Virus record (IMG/VR): IMGVR_UViG_3300040751_002535
Reading direction: 5' to 3' (one strand)
Origin: a virus
DNA: 64,000 bases
Shown here in pieces: positions 1 to 9,651 of the stretch; within the stretch, counting starts at the first letter, position 1; each line of letters starts with the position of its first letter. The notes under the pieces were generated by a model. The model searched no databases, was not told the DNA's origin, and saw nothing but the letters and a program-made list of their open reading frames with translations. The translations under genes were made by a program, and so were the position numbers.

Positions 1-2
1 TA

Positions 3-356
3 CAAAAGTATATCCCCTTAGATGTAGACCAAAAGACTTTTGACGGTGCGTTACAGAGTGAATGGTTTATGCCAGATGAATATAAAGAACTCAGTGTGTC
101 TGCACATGTTTTAGATCGTTGTACAACTGATGCACAGCGACAGCGAGTAGAAGAAGAACTTACAGCGTTCAATGAACGAGGACTAGTTCCTTTACTACAA
201 TATATGATCTATCTTGTAGACTTTATGCGTGAGAATGATATTGTATGGGGTGTAGGACGTGGATCGAGTGTAGCAAGTTATGTACTGTATTTGATTGGTG
301 TGCATCGTATTGACAGTATTAAATACGATTTAGACTGGCGTGAATTCTTACGATGA
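3..356 (+). CDS. dnaE: DNA polymerase III alpha (DnaE) fragment, 5'-truncated by the window
   Basis: Frame is open from nt 3. WGVGRGSSVASYVLYLIGVHRID is the DnaE GRGS motif; the ORF stops before the PDIDxD catalytic motif. Confidence 0.85.
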   Translation, partial: QKYIPLDVDQKTFDGALQSEWFMPDEYKELSVSAHVLDRCTTDAQRQRVEEELTAFNERGLVPLLQYMIYLVDFMRENDIVWGVGRGSSVASYVLYLIGVHRIDSIKYDLDWREFLR

Positions 357-2230
357 ATATTTACTTGGTTCAAGCAAGTGATAATCATGGACCAAATAAG
401 TTTTTACCACTTGCAATAGGGTATCAATGGTGCTATGGTAAAAACGATAACTGGACTCTTAAAGACGTTCTTATAGAAAAAATTAATCCTATAGATTATG
501 TAGCAACTATGCAACAACCTAAACTAGTTGCAATGAGTAGTTATGTATGGAACTGGGAATACAACAGAGAACTTGCCATACAAATCAAACGTAAGTTTAG
601 ACAATGCAAGATTATTACAGGCGGCCCGCAAATAAACAAGTACGATCCTGATTTCTTTGACAAGCATCCTATGTTTGATGCGTTTGTACACGGCGAGGGC
701 GAAGAAGCATTTAAGCGCATACTTGCAGGTGATGACTGGAAAGATATTCCCAACGTACAAACATTGTATCATATGCCAGAGCCAGCAGTGCGTAGGAAAA
801 ACATAAATGATATACCTTCGCCTATACTAGAAGGCTTTTATGAACCTATTATGGCAAAGTATCCTGAGGACACCATGTTTCAAGTTACTTGGGAAAGTTT
901 GCGGGGCTGCCCATACCATTGCAGCTTTTGTGATATAGGGGAAAGTTACTGGAATAAACTTACACTGTTTGATATGGAACGTTGTAAAGCAGAAATAGAA
1001 TGGATGGGTAAAAACCGTATTGAATATGTTAGCGTGTGCGATAGCAACTGGGGCATGTTGGATAGAGATTATGAACTAACACAACACGTATTAGAAACAA
1101 AGAAAAAATACGGATACCCCAAATGGTGGGATGCAACTTGGAGTAAAAATAATCACGATAAAAACTATGCGATAGCAAAATATGCACACGATAGTGGCGT
1201 TGATATTTTCAAAGGTATTACAGTAGCATTACAAAGTTTTAACGATGATACATTAGAACATGTAGATAGATTTAATTTGGACTTTGACGAACTTAAAAAA
1301 TATTTTGATCAGTATAAAAAAGATGGTATTAAAACTTATAGCGAACTTATATGGCCATTGCCTGGAGAAACATTCGATAGTTTAAAGTCTGGTATACAGC
1401 AACTTATAGATGCAGGACAAGACAACTATCTCATGATACACCCATTAGTTGTTACTGACAACTCTCCAATGGGTAACAAAACATATCAAGAGCAGCATGG
1501 TTTAGATGTGCGTAAGATAGCATTAGACACTGTGTATTTAGATGCAGATGAAAAATATATTACGGAATACACTGATGTAATATACGCTACAGACACAGCA
1601 GACCACGATACAGTTATCGAAGGGCACATGTATAGTTGGTTAGTAATATTAATGTATTACTATGGTTGGGGACATTATCTTGCTAAGTACATGCGTAAGC
1701 AAAATATTTTAGAAACTGACCTGTATTATAAACTATTTGAATGGATCAAACACAATCCGGGATTATTACATGACGAATACATAGAAACTAAAAAAAGTTT
1801 TGAAGATGTATATGCAAAACGTGCATTGTGGGGTAGACAAGCATTTGGTGGAGACGATATGCTTTGGGAATACAAAGGCGCAAGTAGTGCAAGGATAAGT
1901 AAAGCAGTATATAGACTAGAAACAGATTTATATAACTTTTTATTAAGTACAAAACTAATATCGGAATGGAAAGTACGTGATATTGTTGCTCTCAATCTTA
2001 GAATGTGCAGAGAAAAAGATATGGAATATCCTATTACTGTAACTGTTTTAAAAGAAGTTGCACGTGATATGGTAGGTATTGATGCAGATCGTATACATAT
2101 CGATCATTTTGATAAAACAACACCAACAAACGATTGGCACAGAAAAGCATATCATTATCAAAGAAAAATAGGATACTGGAAATGCAATGCATCAAAAAGT
2201 AAAAAACCACTTGACATATGTCATAAGTAG
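353..2230 (+). CDS. Cobalamin-binding radical SAM enzyme
   Basis: N-terminal B12-binding-like SSYVWN...ITGGPQ...HGEGEE; RGCPYHCSFC CxxxCxxC motif. Confidence 0.85.
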   Translation: MNIYLVQASDNHGPNKFLPLAIGYQWCYGKNDNWTLKDVLIEKINPIDYVATMQQPKLVAMSSYVWNWEYNRELAIQIKRKFRQCKIITGGPQINKYDPDFFDKHPMFDAFVHGEGEEAFKRILAGDDWKDIPNVQTLYHMPEPAVRRKNINDIPSPILEGFYEPIMAKYPEDTMFQVTWESLRGCPYHCSFCDIGESYWNKLTLFDMERCKAEIEWMGKNRIEYVSVCDSNWGMLDRDYELTQHVLETKKKYGYPKWWDATWSKNNHDKNYAIAKYAHDSGVDIFKGITVALQSFNDDTLEHVDRFNLDFDELKKYFDQYKKDGIKTYSELIWPLPGETFDSLKSGIQQLIDAGQDNYLMIHPLVVTDNSPMGNKTYQEQHGLDVRKIALDTVYLDADEKYITEYTDVIYATDTADHDTVIEGHMYSWLVILMYYYGWGHYLAKYMRKQNILETDLYYKLFEWIKHNPGLLHDEYIETKKSFEDVYAKRALWGRQAFGGDDMLWEYKGASSARISKAVYRLETDLYNFLLSTKLISEWKVRDIVALNLRMCREKDMEYPITVTVLKEVARDMVGIDADRIHIDHFDKTTPTNDWHRKAYHYQRKIGYWKCNASKSKKPLDICHK

Positions 2231-2239
2231 TTATAGTAT
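2211..2239 (+). promoter_or_regulatory. Sigma70-like promoter
   Basis: TTGACA-17 nt-TAGTAT upstream of a GGAG RBS and the ORF at 2261. Confidence 0.6.
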
Positions 2240-2260
2240 AATAATTGGAGATATTAAAAC

Positions 2261-2677
2261 ATGGGAACTAGACAAAAAGGTCGTAAAACATACAGAAGTA
2301 TGCAAGGTAGAGTTGTAGACTTAGATATGTTGATTAAAAGAAATGAACTTACTCCTGCCGTCGGCAATGCTAGAGTAAATGCTAGAGGCGACGAGCTAGG
2401 ACCAGGTGGAAAAATTATCCGTAAACGAGAAGAAGTTGTAAAGGATTATTATAGTACAGGAAGTGAACCTGTACAACATGAAAAAAGTGCAGCTCAAACT
2501 GAAGAGCTAACACAAGCAGAACAAGAAGAGTTGATGGCGTTTGATGAAGAAGTTGTTCCCGCAAAACCAAAAGCATCGCCTCCTAAATCAACTCCAACTC
2601 CTAAACCCATAACAGCCCAGACTCAAGATGAATGGGTTGAAGACGAAGATGGCAATTTTATAAAAAAAGGTGATTAA
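2261..2677 (+). CDS. Hypothetical phage protein
   Basis: 138-aa ORF with RBS; basic N-terminus, Pro-rich and acidic tail. Confidence 0.7.
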   Translation: MGTRQKGRKTYRSMQGRVVDLDMLIKRNELTPAVGNARVNARGDELGPGGKIIRKREEVVKDYYSTGSEPVQHEKSAAQTEELTQAEQEELMAFDEEVVPAKPKASPPKSTPTPKPITAQTQDEWVEDEDGNFIKKGD

Positions 2678-3084
2678 TGGCATTAAACATGAATACAATA
2701 AAAGGTACTCTAACTCCTATTAATGATAGAGTAATTGTAAGCAATATGTACTTTGGAGAGCAAACTCTTAAAAGTGGACTTATTATTAGTGATGATAACG
2801 GATCAACTCGTGGTATCTATCCACGCTGGGGACAGGTACATGCAAAAGGTCCTAAAAATGATTCAGCATATCAGATTGGAGATTGGGTATTGATTGAACA
2901 CGGACGCTGGACTCGAAGTGTAAAGATTGATGAAGGTACAGGCGAGCTAGAGCTACGTATGGTAGATGCAGATTGTATATTAGCATTTAGTAATGAAAAA
3001 CCCACTGGTGTACAGTTTGGTAAAGAATACAACGATGGTGATCATGCAACGATTAGTCCAGAATCATTTGGAGCCGGCGCATAA
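2677..3084 (+). CDS. groES: GroES-like co-chaperonin
   Basis: LTPINDRVIV...TLKSGLII...GQVHAKGP...IGDWVLI matches the Cpn10 pattern. Confidence 0.75.
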   Translation: MALNMNTIKGTLTPINDRVIVSNMYFGEQTLKSGLIISDDNGSTRGIYPRWGQVHAKGPKNDSAYQIGDWVLIEHGRWTRSVKIDEGTGELELRMVDADCILAFSNEKPTGVQFGKEYNDGDHATISPESFGAGA

Positions 3085-3440
3085 TGACAAACCCATTTAA
3101 AGATATTGACACGTTTGCAACAGCGTGTGACCAACCGCCTAGTGAAGCAAACTACAAAATGTACCTCAGTCTCATTGACGAAGAATACGATGAACTGTTA
3201 GATGCTGTAGTAGCACAAGATCGTGTAGAACAGCTTGATGCACTAGTAGATATTCTTGTTGTAACTATGGGCGCTATTCGTGCAGCTGGCTGGGACGGCG
3301 AAGCGGCTTGGAAAGAAGTAATGGACACGAACTTTGCAAAGATTGATCCAACTACAGGCAAAGTACGCAAACGTGAAGATGGTAAAGTACTCAAGCCAGA
3401 AGGCTGGAAAGCACCTGAACTAGCACAGTTTGTAGGCTAA
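3084..3440 (+). CDS. MazG-superfamily NTP pyrophosphohydrolase (PRA-PH-like)
   Basis: LIDEEYDEL...LDALVDILVV...REDGKVLKPEGWKAP. Confidence 0.85.
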   Translation: MTNPFKDIDTFATACDQPPSEANYKMYLSLIDEEYDELLDAVVAQDRVEQLDALVDILVVTMGAIRAAGWDGEAAWKEVMDTNFAKIDPTTGKVRKREDGKVLKPEGWKAPELAQFVG

Positions 3441-3461
3441 ATACTACAAAGGAGAACTGCT

Positions 3462-4085
3462 GTGAATAAATCTGATATCAAAAAAGCAATTATTAGAAGT
3501 CAACATTGTCAACGTAACTGGGATTTAAGTAAAACTATTCCAGATGAGGATATCGAGGTTATTAGAACAGCCGTTGCCGATTGTCCTAGTAAACAAAATG
3601 TAGCATATTACAAAGTTATATTTGTTACAGATAGAGATAAGATTGAACGTATATATCAAACAACCAACGGTTTTATCTCTAACTTTCAAACAAATGAAAC
3701 TGTCACAAACAGTCAGGTATTAGCAAATTTATTGGTCGTATTTGCTGAATCAAACGAAGAACCAAAAGAAAATATTTTTGGAGATGTATTTGTTCCAAGC
3801 AAGGATTTAGAAAAGCCTGAAGACTTGCTCAAAGACAAACACATGGCAGTGGGTATTGCAGCAGGATATGCAAATATTACAGCAAGTATGCTAGGTTATA
3901 GCACAGGTTGTTGCGCATGTTTTGATCCTGCACAAGTTGCAGAAATATTAGATATTGATACACATGTACATTTGTTGATGGGTATAGGATTCAAAGACGA
4001 AACTCGTCCACGACGTGAACATCACGCAGAGGATTTTGTTTTTCCCACCAAGAAGAAACAAAAAATACAAGTGGATAAATGCTAA
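3462..4085 (+). CDS. Nitroreductase-family flavoprotein
   Basis: CQRNWD...IPDE...CPSKQN...GIAAG...LGYSTG...LMGIG pattern. Confidence 0.7.
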   Translation: MNKSDIKKAIIRSQHCQRNWDLSKTIPDEDIEVIRTAVADCPSKQNVAYYKVIFVTDRDKIERIYQTTNGFISNFQTNETVTNSQVLANLLVVFAESNEEPKENIFGDVFVPSKDLEKPEDLLKDKHMAVGIAAGYANITASMLGYSTGCCACFDPAQVAEILDIDTHVHLLMGIGFKDETRPRREHHAEDFVFPTKKKQKIQVDKC

Positions 4086-4987
4086 ACGGTAGAATACTTA
4101 AAAACGAAAAAATACTAGTTCATGCATTACAATGGTATATCGGTCATAGTTGTAACTTAACTTGTACAAACTGTAGTAACTTTAATAACTTTGCTATTAG
4201 TGGACAAGAAAAGTTTAGTGACTTTGCAAGAGAAGCACAGAGATGGAGTGAAAAACTTCATGTAAATGATTTTGGTATTATTGGTGGCGAACCTTTTACA
4301 AACAATGATTTAGATAACTGGGTTCACGGATTACGTGATGTATTCACTTGTAGAGATTTTAGAGTGGTAACAAACGGGACTTTATTATCTAAACATGCAG
4401 ATAAAATGAAAGCCTGGTTTGACAGAGGAGTTACTGTAGAACTTAGTTTTCATTCGCAGGATCATGTTCCTAAAGCATTTAAAATCATTGACGAAGTTCT
4501 AGATGGCAAATACGAAAAGTACAAGGTAACAAAAAACAACTTTATCAAAGATCAAGCACGCCATGCTGGATGCTATTACGAAGAAGCTATTCTTGTAGGT
4601 GATCATCCAGCATTTATAATAAACTACAAAGACAAGTTTATGCCATGGGGTGTAAAAAGTATCGACAACGGTGTTTATAACTTTTATGAAAGTGATAGAG
4701 AGCAAGCACACACTGCATGTTGGCACAATGATTGTCCGTATATATACAAAGGTAAAATGTACAAATGCGGCACTGTTGTAGGAGCACAAGCGTTTGTTAA
4801 GAAATATCCTGTAAGAAAACAGGATAAAGATCTATATGAAAGCTATAAACCCATTGATGCATTTTCAAATACACTAGAAGAACAGGTATCTGCACTTTCA
4901 AATAGTGTACCACAATGTGTATTATGTCCTATTAACTCTGGTAGTGTAGAAAAGATTTCACTTGACAAAAAGAAAATTATGCCGTAG
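4079..4987 (+). CDS. Radical SAM protein
   Basis: CNLTCTNC, GGEP, VTNG and extra C-terminal Cys residues. Confidence 0.85.
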   Translation: MLNGRILKNEKILVHALQWYIGHSCNLTCTNCSNFNNFAISGQEKFSDFAREAQRWSEKLHVNDFGIIGGEPFTNNDLDNWVHGLRDVFTCRDFRVVTNGTLLSKHADKMKAWFDRGVTVELSFHSQDHVPKAFKIIDEVLDGKYEKYKVTKNNFIKDQARHAGCYYEEAILVGDHPAFIINYKDKFMPWGVKSIDNGVYNFYESDREQAHTACWHNDCPYIYKGKMYKCGTVVGAQAFVKKYPVRKQDKDLYESYKPIDAFSNTLEEQVSALSNSVPQCVLCPINSGSVEKISLDKKKIMP

Positions 4988-4990
4988 TAT
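4962..4990 (+). promoter_or_regulatory. Sigma70-like promoter
   Basis: TTGACA-17 nt-TAGTAT overlapping the 3' end of the upstream ORF. Confidence 0.6.
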
Positions 4991-5020
4991 AAAATATACA
5001 AAACAACAACGAGGCATATT

Positions 5021-5545
5021 ATGATTCACGCAATGATCGACTTAGAAACACTAGATGTAACTCCACAAGCAACTGTGCTTACAGTTGGCGGTGTAAAGTT
5101 TGATCCCAACAGTGATGCTGAACCGCACAGTGAGTTTTACTACAAACTGGATCTAGACTCACAAGATCGTAGTGTAAATGATAGCACTATTGCTTGGTGG
5201 GGTCAGCAGGATCAAAAAGTACAAGACGAAGCATTTGGCACTGAAGGACGAGAGCACGTTGATGTGTTTTTAGATAGTTTGCCAAAGTGGATGGTAGGTG
5301 TAGATGTTCTTTGGGGACACGGATACGGTTTTGATATTACTATTATTGAAGATATGTTGCGGCAGCGTGGCAAAGGTATTCCATGGCAGTTTTGGCAGGT
5401 GCGAGATAGTAGAACATTGTTCAGCATGGCAAAAGTAGATCCACGCAAAGCAATGCAAAGTAACTTGCACAATGCACTGGCAGATGCATATTTCCAAGCA
5501 AAAGGTGTGCAAATGGTATACAAAGAGTTAGGAATACAGCGTTGA
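5021..5545 (+). CDS. DEDDh 3'-5' exonuclease (exonuclease VIII-like)
   Basis: MIDLETL...FDITI...HNALADA. Confidence 0.85.
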   Translation: MIHAMIDLETLDVTPQATVLTVGGVKFDPNSDAEPHSEFYYKLDLDSQDRSVNDSTIAWWGQQDQKVQDEAFGTEGREHVDVFLDSLPKWMVGVDVLWGHGYGFDITIIEDMLRQRGKGIPWQFWQVRDSRTLFSMAKVDPRKAMQSNLHNALADAYFQAKGVQMVYKELGIQR

Positions 5546-5706
5546 TACGATGGTATGATTATCCAGCAGCGTTTTTAGCCGCAGACTTAATGATGACTGC
5601 TGCATTTAGTATTCCCTGGATTGGATTCGTTGTTGCATATGCTATGTACGAATATGGCTGGGAAGCATATTGTAACTGGAGGCTCAAGCAAGAATATGGA
5701 AGATAG
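5542..5706 (+). CDS. Small membrane protein (not in ORF track)
   Basis: TTG start overlapping the upstream stop; 54 aa MIRWYDYPAAFLAADLMMTAAFSIPWIGFVVAY... Confidence 0.55.
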   Translation: MIRWYDYPAAFLAADLMMTAAFSIPWIGFVVAYAMYEYGWEAYCNWRLKQEYGR

Positions 5707-5974
5707 TCCTATAAACACACTGCAACAGCTGATGTGTATTACCATGGAAGAGTGTGGAGAACTAACACAACGTTGTAGCAAGATAATGCGTAAATACGAA
5801 TCTTTTGACTTGATTGAAGAAGCTCAACGTGTTAAACTAGTAGAAGAGATCGGCGATGTACATTGTATGATCGAACTAATGGTAGGACATGGCATTACAG
5901 ACTGGCGTGAACTGCATGATCGTGCAGATGTAAAGAAAAACAAACTTAAAAAGTGGAGCACACTGATTAAATGA
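5696..5974 (+). CDS. MazG-like NTP pyrophosphohydrolase
   Basis: ITMEECGELTQ...EEIGDV; start moved to ATG 5696. Confidence 0.8.
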   Translation: MEDSPINTLQQLMCITMEECGELTQRCSKIMRKYESFDLIEEAQRVKLVEEIGDVHCMIELMVGHGITDWRELHDRADVKKNKLKKWSTLIK

Positions 5975-6483
5975 AAGTGTATATAGGATCATATCCTAAT
6001 CATAGGTTTTATCACAACTGGTTATACAACTGGTTTGGGTATTCACCTAAGCAACGAACAAGTATAAAGATCCACAAATACGATACGTGGAGTATGGATG
6101 ATACTCTTGCTCCTATTATCTTGCCTATGCTTGTACAGCTAAGAGCTACAAAGAACGGCGCTCCTATGGTAGACATGAAAGATGTTCCAAAAGAACTACG
6201 TGCTACTAAAAAGCAACTGCACGCCGAGCAAGACGGTGAGGTAGATCCCAAGCACTTCGAACGTTGGGATTGGATCCTAGACGAAATGATTTGGGCGTTT
6301 GAACAAAAGTGCCGTGATGATTGGCAAGATGATTATTATGGCGACTATGTTGAAGATCCAAAGAATGGACCGATGGCTGGTAGTTTTGAATGGATTGACC
6401 ATGAAGGACGGAAAGTACATCAGGAAAGAATGAGCAACGGCTTCCGTCTGTTCGGACGATACTACGAAAATTTATGGACGTAA
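5971..6483 (+). CDS. Conserved hypothetical phage protein
   Basis: DTWSMDDTLA...WDWILDEMIWAF...NGFRLFGRYYENLW. Confidence 0.75.
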   Translation: MKVYIGSYPNHRFYHNWLYNWFGYSPKQRTSIKIHKYDTWSMDDTLAPIILPMLVQLRATKNGAPMVDMKDVPKELRATKKQLHAEQDGEVDPKHFERWDWILDEMIWAFEQKCRDDWQDDYYGDYVEDPKNGPMAGSFEWIDHEGRKVHQERMSNGFRLFGRYYENLWT

Positions 6484-6493
6484 AGAGGAAGAA

Positions 6494-6592
6494 ATGATAA
6501 GTAACAAAAAATATCTTAGACTTCAGCGTATTACATTACCACTAGTGGGTATTTTAATGTTTGTTGGAACTATCTTTATGTTGATATCTTAA
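6494..6592 (+). CDS. Small single-TM protein (not in ORF track)
   Basis: GAGG RBS; MISNKKYLRLQRITLPLVGILMFVGTIFMLIS. Confidence 0.5.
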   Translation: MISNKKYLRLQRITLPLVGILMFVGTIFMLIS

Positions 6593-6637
6593 CACGGAGT
6601 GAAAGACTATGAGTGAAGATCTTCTAAAGCAACTACG

Positions 6638-6697
6638 CAACGTATGAGCAACGGTTTTAAGTTGTTTGGGACTTACTTTGAGAACTTGTGGGACTGA
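6638..6697 (+). pseudogene. Orphan duplicate of the 3' end of ORF 5971..6483
   Basis: Encodes QRMSNGFKLFGTYFENLWD* versus ERMSNGFRLFGRYYENLWT* upstream. Confidence 0.7.
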
Positions 6698-6701
6698 TAG
6701 G

Positions 6702-6875
6702 ATGAAAAAACTTTGGAGACTGTGGGCAAAAAGCCTCGGTGAAAAAGTCGGAGAAACAGACAGCCAAGCAGACAGTGTGGCTGTTATTAGAACCATTTGG
6801 TGGTTGACACATATGGTAACTTGCTTTATGATTATTATACATAATGGCGCAAAATTAGGATGGTGGTTAAATTGA
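6702..6875 (+). CDS. Small membrane protein
   Basis: MKKLWRLWAKSLGEK...VAVIRT followed by a hydrophobic segment. Confidence 0.65.
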   Translation: MKKLWRLWAKSLGEKVGETDSQADSVAVIRTIWWLTHMVTCFMIIIHNGAKLGWWLN

Positions 6876-7786
6876 AAGAACTCTGGGTAGAAAAATATAG
6901 ACCTAAAACAGTAGATGGGTATGTGTTTCGAGATGAAGCACAAAAAGCACAAGTAAACACTTGGATCAAAGACGCAAGCATTCCGCATTTGCTGTTTAGT
7001 GGCAATGCCGGAATTGGTAAAACAACACTTGCTAAACTGTTGTTCAACGAACTTGATGTAAATCCTCTTGATATTCTTGAGATCAACGCAAGTCGTACAA
7101 ACAGCGTTGAAGATGTGCGAGACAAGATTGTTTCGTTTGTACAGATGATTCCATTTGGTGACTTTAAAGTTGTATTACTTGATGAGGCTGATTACTTGTC
7201 GCCAAACGCACAAGCAGCACTACGTGGTGTTATGGAAGAGTATCATACTACAGCACGTTTTATTCTAACATGCAACTATCCCAACAGAATCATTCCTGCG
7301 ATTCACAGTCGTTGTCAAGGGTTTCATATCGCTAAAGTTGATCAAACAGAATTTACTGCCAGAGTTGCAACTATTCTTATCACAGAAGGTATTACTCCAG
7401 ACTTGGACACATTGGACACTTATGTAAAAGCAACATATCCAGACTTGCGCAAGTGTATCAACATGGTACAAATGAATTCAGTAGACGGCAAGTTGATATC
7501 ACCACAAGAAGGCGACAGCGGCGAAGCTGACTGGAAACTTGAAATGGTTGAACTGTTCAAAGCAGGCAAGATTCATGATGCAAGAAAACTGTTGTGCGGC
7601 GCGGTACGAGCAGAAGAAATGGAAGAGATTTATCGCTGGTTGTATGACAACATTGAGTTGTTCGGAACAGATGCTCAACAGGATCAAGCAGTGCTAATTA
7701 TTAAGCAAGGGTTAGTTGATCATACACTAGTTGTAGATCCAGAGATTAATCTTGCAGCAACACTTATTCGATTAGGAGCACTATGA
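6872..7786 (+). CDS. Clamp loader AAA+ subunit (RFC small / gp44-like)
   Basis: [25 protein letters not shown] motif. Confidence 0.95.
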   Translation: MKELWVEKYRPKTVDGYVFRDEAQKAQVNTWIKDASIPHLLFSGNAGIGKTTLAKLLFNELDVNPLDILEINASRTNSVEDVRDKIVSFVQMIPFGDFKVVLLDEADYLSPNAQAALRGVMEEYHTTARFILTCNYPNRIIPAIHSRCQGFHIAKVDQTEFTARVATILITEGITPDLDTLDTYVKATYPDLRKCINMVQMNSVDGKLISPQEGDSGEADWKLEMVELFKAGKIHDARKLLCGAVRAEEMEEIYRWLYDNIELFGTDAQQDQAVLIIKQGLVDHTLVVDPEINLAATLIRLGAL

Positions 7787-8124
7787 CTTACATTGTAAAT
7801 GATGCATGTATTAAATGCAAACACATGGACTGTGTAGAAGTTTGTCCAGTAGATTGTTTTTACGAAGGTGAAAACATGTTGGTAATAAATCCGATTGAAT
7901 GTATTGACTGTGGTGTTTGTGAGCCAGAATGTCCTGCAGATGCAATTCTTCCTGATACAGCACCTGGTGCAGCAGAGTGGGTTGACTTTAATCAAAAGTA
8001 TGCAGACTTGTGGCCCGTGATTACAGAAATGCGTCCCGAAGACGTACCAGATGATGCAGAAGAATGGCACGGCGTAAAAAATAAAATGGAGCACTTTAGC
8101 GAGGCTCCGGGCAAAGGAGATTAA
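7783..8124 (+). CDS. fdxA: 7Fe ferredoxin (FdxA type)
   Basis: [42 protein letters not shown]. Confidence 0.95.
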   Translation: MTYIVNDACIKCKHMDCVEVCPVDCFYEGENMLVINPIECIDCGVCEPECPADAILPDTAPGAAEWVDFNQKYADLWPVITEMRPEDVPDDAEEWHGVKNKMEHFSEAPGKGD

Positions 8125-8313
8125 ATGTTTAGTAAACAATGCAAAGCACACTTAGAAGAAGTAGAAATGACAGGGTGGCAGCATATGAAACACGCTCTTG
8201 GTATTGCATTTAAAATGCAACTTCTAGTACCTGTCATAATCATACATAGTATTGCACCAAGATTTTTTAAAACTACTGCAACTGATACAATGAAACGGAT
8301 AATCAATGATTAG
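8125..8313 (+). CDS. Small hypothetical protein (DUF6356-like)
   Basis: HLEEVEMTGWQHMKHA...IIHSIAPRFFKTTATD. Confidence 0.55.
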   Translation: MFSKQCKAHLEEVEMTGWQHMKHALGIAFKMQLLVPVIIIHSIAPRFFKTTATDTMKRIIND

Positions 8314-8788
8314 AGCAATTTTAGCATGTGACGACAACTGGGGAATCGGCAAAGACGGAACACTTCCGTGGCCACACAACCCAGCAGATCAGCAATGGTT
8401 TAAAGAATGTACTCTAAATAGTACAGTAGTTATGGGAAGAGCAACTTGGGATGATCCTGACATGCCCAAGCCTATGCCCAGACGACACAATGTTATTGTA
8501 TCAAGCACCATGCGAGAAAACAGTCACGAGCGCATTGAAGTAGTACGTCCTGACATTTACAAGTCTCGTTGTGTTACTATGAACATGACAGATGATGTTT
8601 GGATCATTGGCGGCGCAAGATTGATTGCTGATAGCCTTGACATCATTGACGAGATTTGGCTTAGCCGTATTAGTGGCACATACGACTGCGATACATTCCT
8701 TCCTCGAGAATTGATTGAAACTACATTTAGTCTTGTTAGCAGCCAACGAGAAAACCATGTATATATAGATAAGTGGAGATCATATTGA
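8306..8788 (+). CDS. folA: Dihydrofolate reductase
   Basis: GIGKDGTLPW, VVMGRATW, IIGGA, CDTF. Confidence 0.93.
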   Translation: MIRAILACDDNWGIGKDGTLPWPHNPADQQWFKECTLNSTVVMGRATWDDPDMPKPMPRRHNVIVSSTMRENSHERIEVVRPDIYKSRCVTMNMTDDVWIIGGARLIADSLDIIDEIWLSRISGTYDCDTFLPRELIETTFSLVSSQRENHVYIDKWRSY

Positions 8789-9651
8789 AACAGTATTTAG
8801 ACGCATTAGAATATATTTTAGAGCACGGCAAAGATCGTAATGATAGGACAGGTGTAGGCACACGTGGTGTGTTTGGTTATCAAATGCGTTTTGATTTACG
8901 CAATGAGTTTCCTGCTGTCACTACAAAGAAACTTGCTTGGCGTAGTGTAGTAAGCGAACTACTATGGTTCTTAGAAGGTAGCAGTGACGAGCGCAGGCTG
9001 GCTGAAATTCATTATGGTAAGCCACGTGAAGAACTAGTAGACAAAACAACTATTTGGACTGCTAATGCAGACAATCAAGGTGCTACATTAGGATATATCA
9101 ACAACGATACTACAAAAGATTTGGGTCCAGTATATGGACACCAATGGCGCACCTGGGATGCACAACTTGGACATGTAGATCAAATTGCACAAGTGTTAGA
9201 AGGTCTTAAACACGATCCTGATAGTAGAAGGCACATTGTTTCTGCTTGGAACGCTGATCGTGTACCTGTAATGGCATTGCCACCTTGTCATACCATGTTC
9301 CAGTTTTACGTGCAGGACGGAGAACTAAGCTGTCAACTTTATCAGCGCAGTGCTGATATGTTCCTAGGTGTGCCTTTTAATATTGCAAGTTATAGTTTGC
9401 TGGTACACATGTTTGCACATCTCTTAGAATTAAAAGTAGGTGACTTTGTTTGGACTGGTGGCGATTGTCATATCTATCAAAATCACTTTGATCAAGTCAA
9501 AGAACAACTTACTCGTGAACCACGCAACGGACCAACACTTCTGATGCCTAAGTTTAGCACATTAGAAGAACTTGTTAATACTAGTACAAATGATTATCAG
9601 TTATTAAACTACGATCCTATGCTTAGTATCAAAGCACCAATGGCAGTGTAA
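8785..9651 (+). CDS. thyA: Thymidylate synthase
   Basis: DRTGVGT, ELLWF, MALPPCH, YQRSAD, GVPFN. Confidence 0.97.
   Translation: MKQYLDALEYILEHGKDRNDRTGVGTRGVFGYQMRFDLRNEFPAVTTKKLAWRSVVSELLWFLEGSSDERRLAEIHYGKPREELVDKTTIWTANADNQGATLGYINNDTTKDLGPVYGHQWRTWDAQLGHVDQIAQVLEGLKHDPDSRRHIVSAWNADRVPVMALPPCHTMFQFYVQDGELSCQLYQRSADMFLGVPFNIASYSLLVHMFAHLLELKVGDFVWTGGDCHIYQNHFDQVKEQLTREPRNGPTLLMPKFSTLEELVNTSTNDYQLLNYDPMLSIKAPMAV

Noticed and set aside
3462-4085. Nitroreductase as BluB (B12 lower-ligand synthesis)
   Set aside because: Only proximity to a B12 enzyme suggests it; no BluB-specific motifs recognised.
5621-5695. Longer starts in the ORF track (5621, 13036, 22102, 37587, 38097, 51755, 54224)
   Set aside because: Downstream starts fit RBS position, gene coupling and promoters better.
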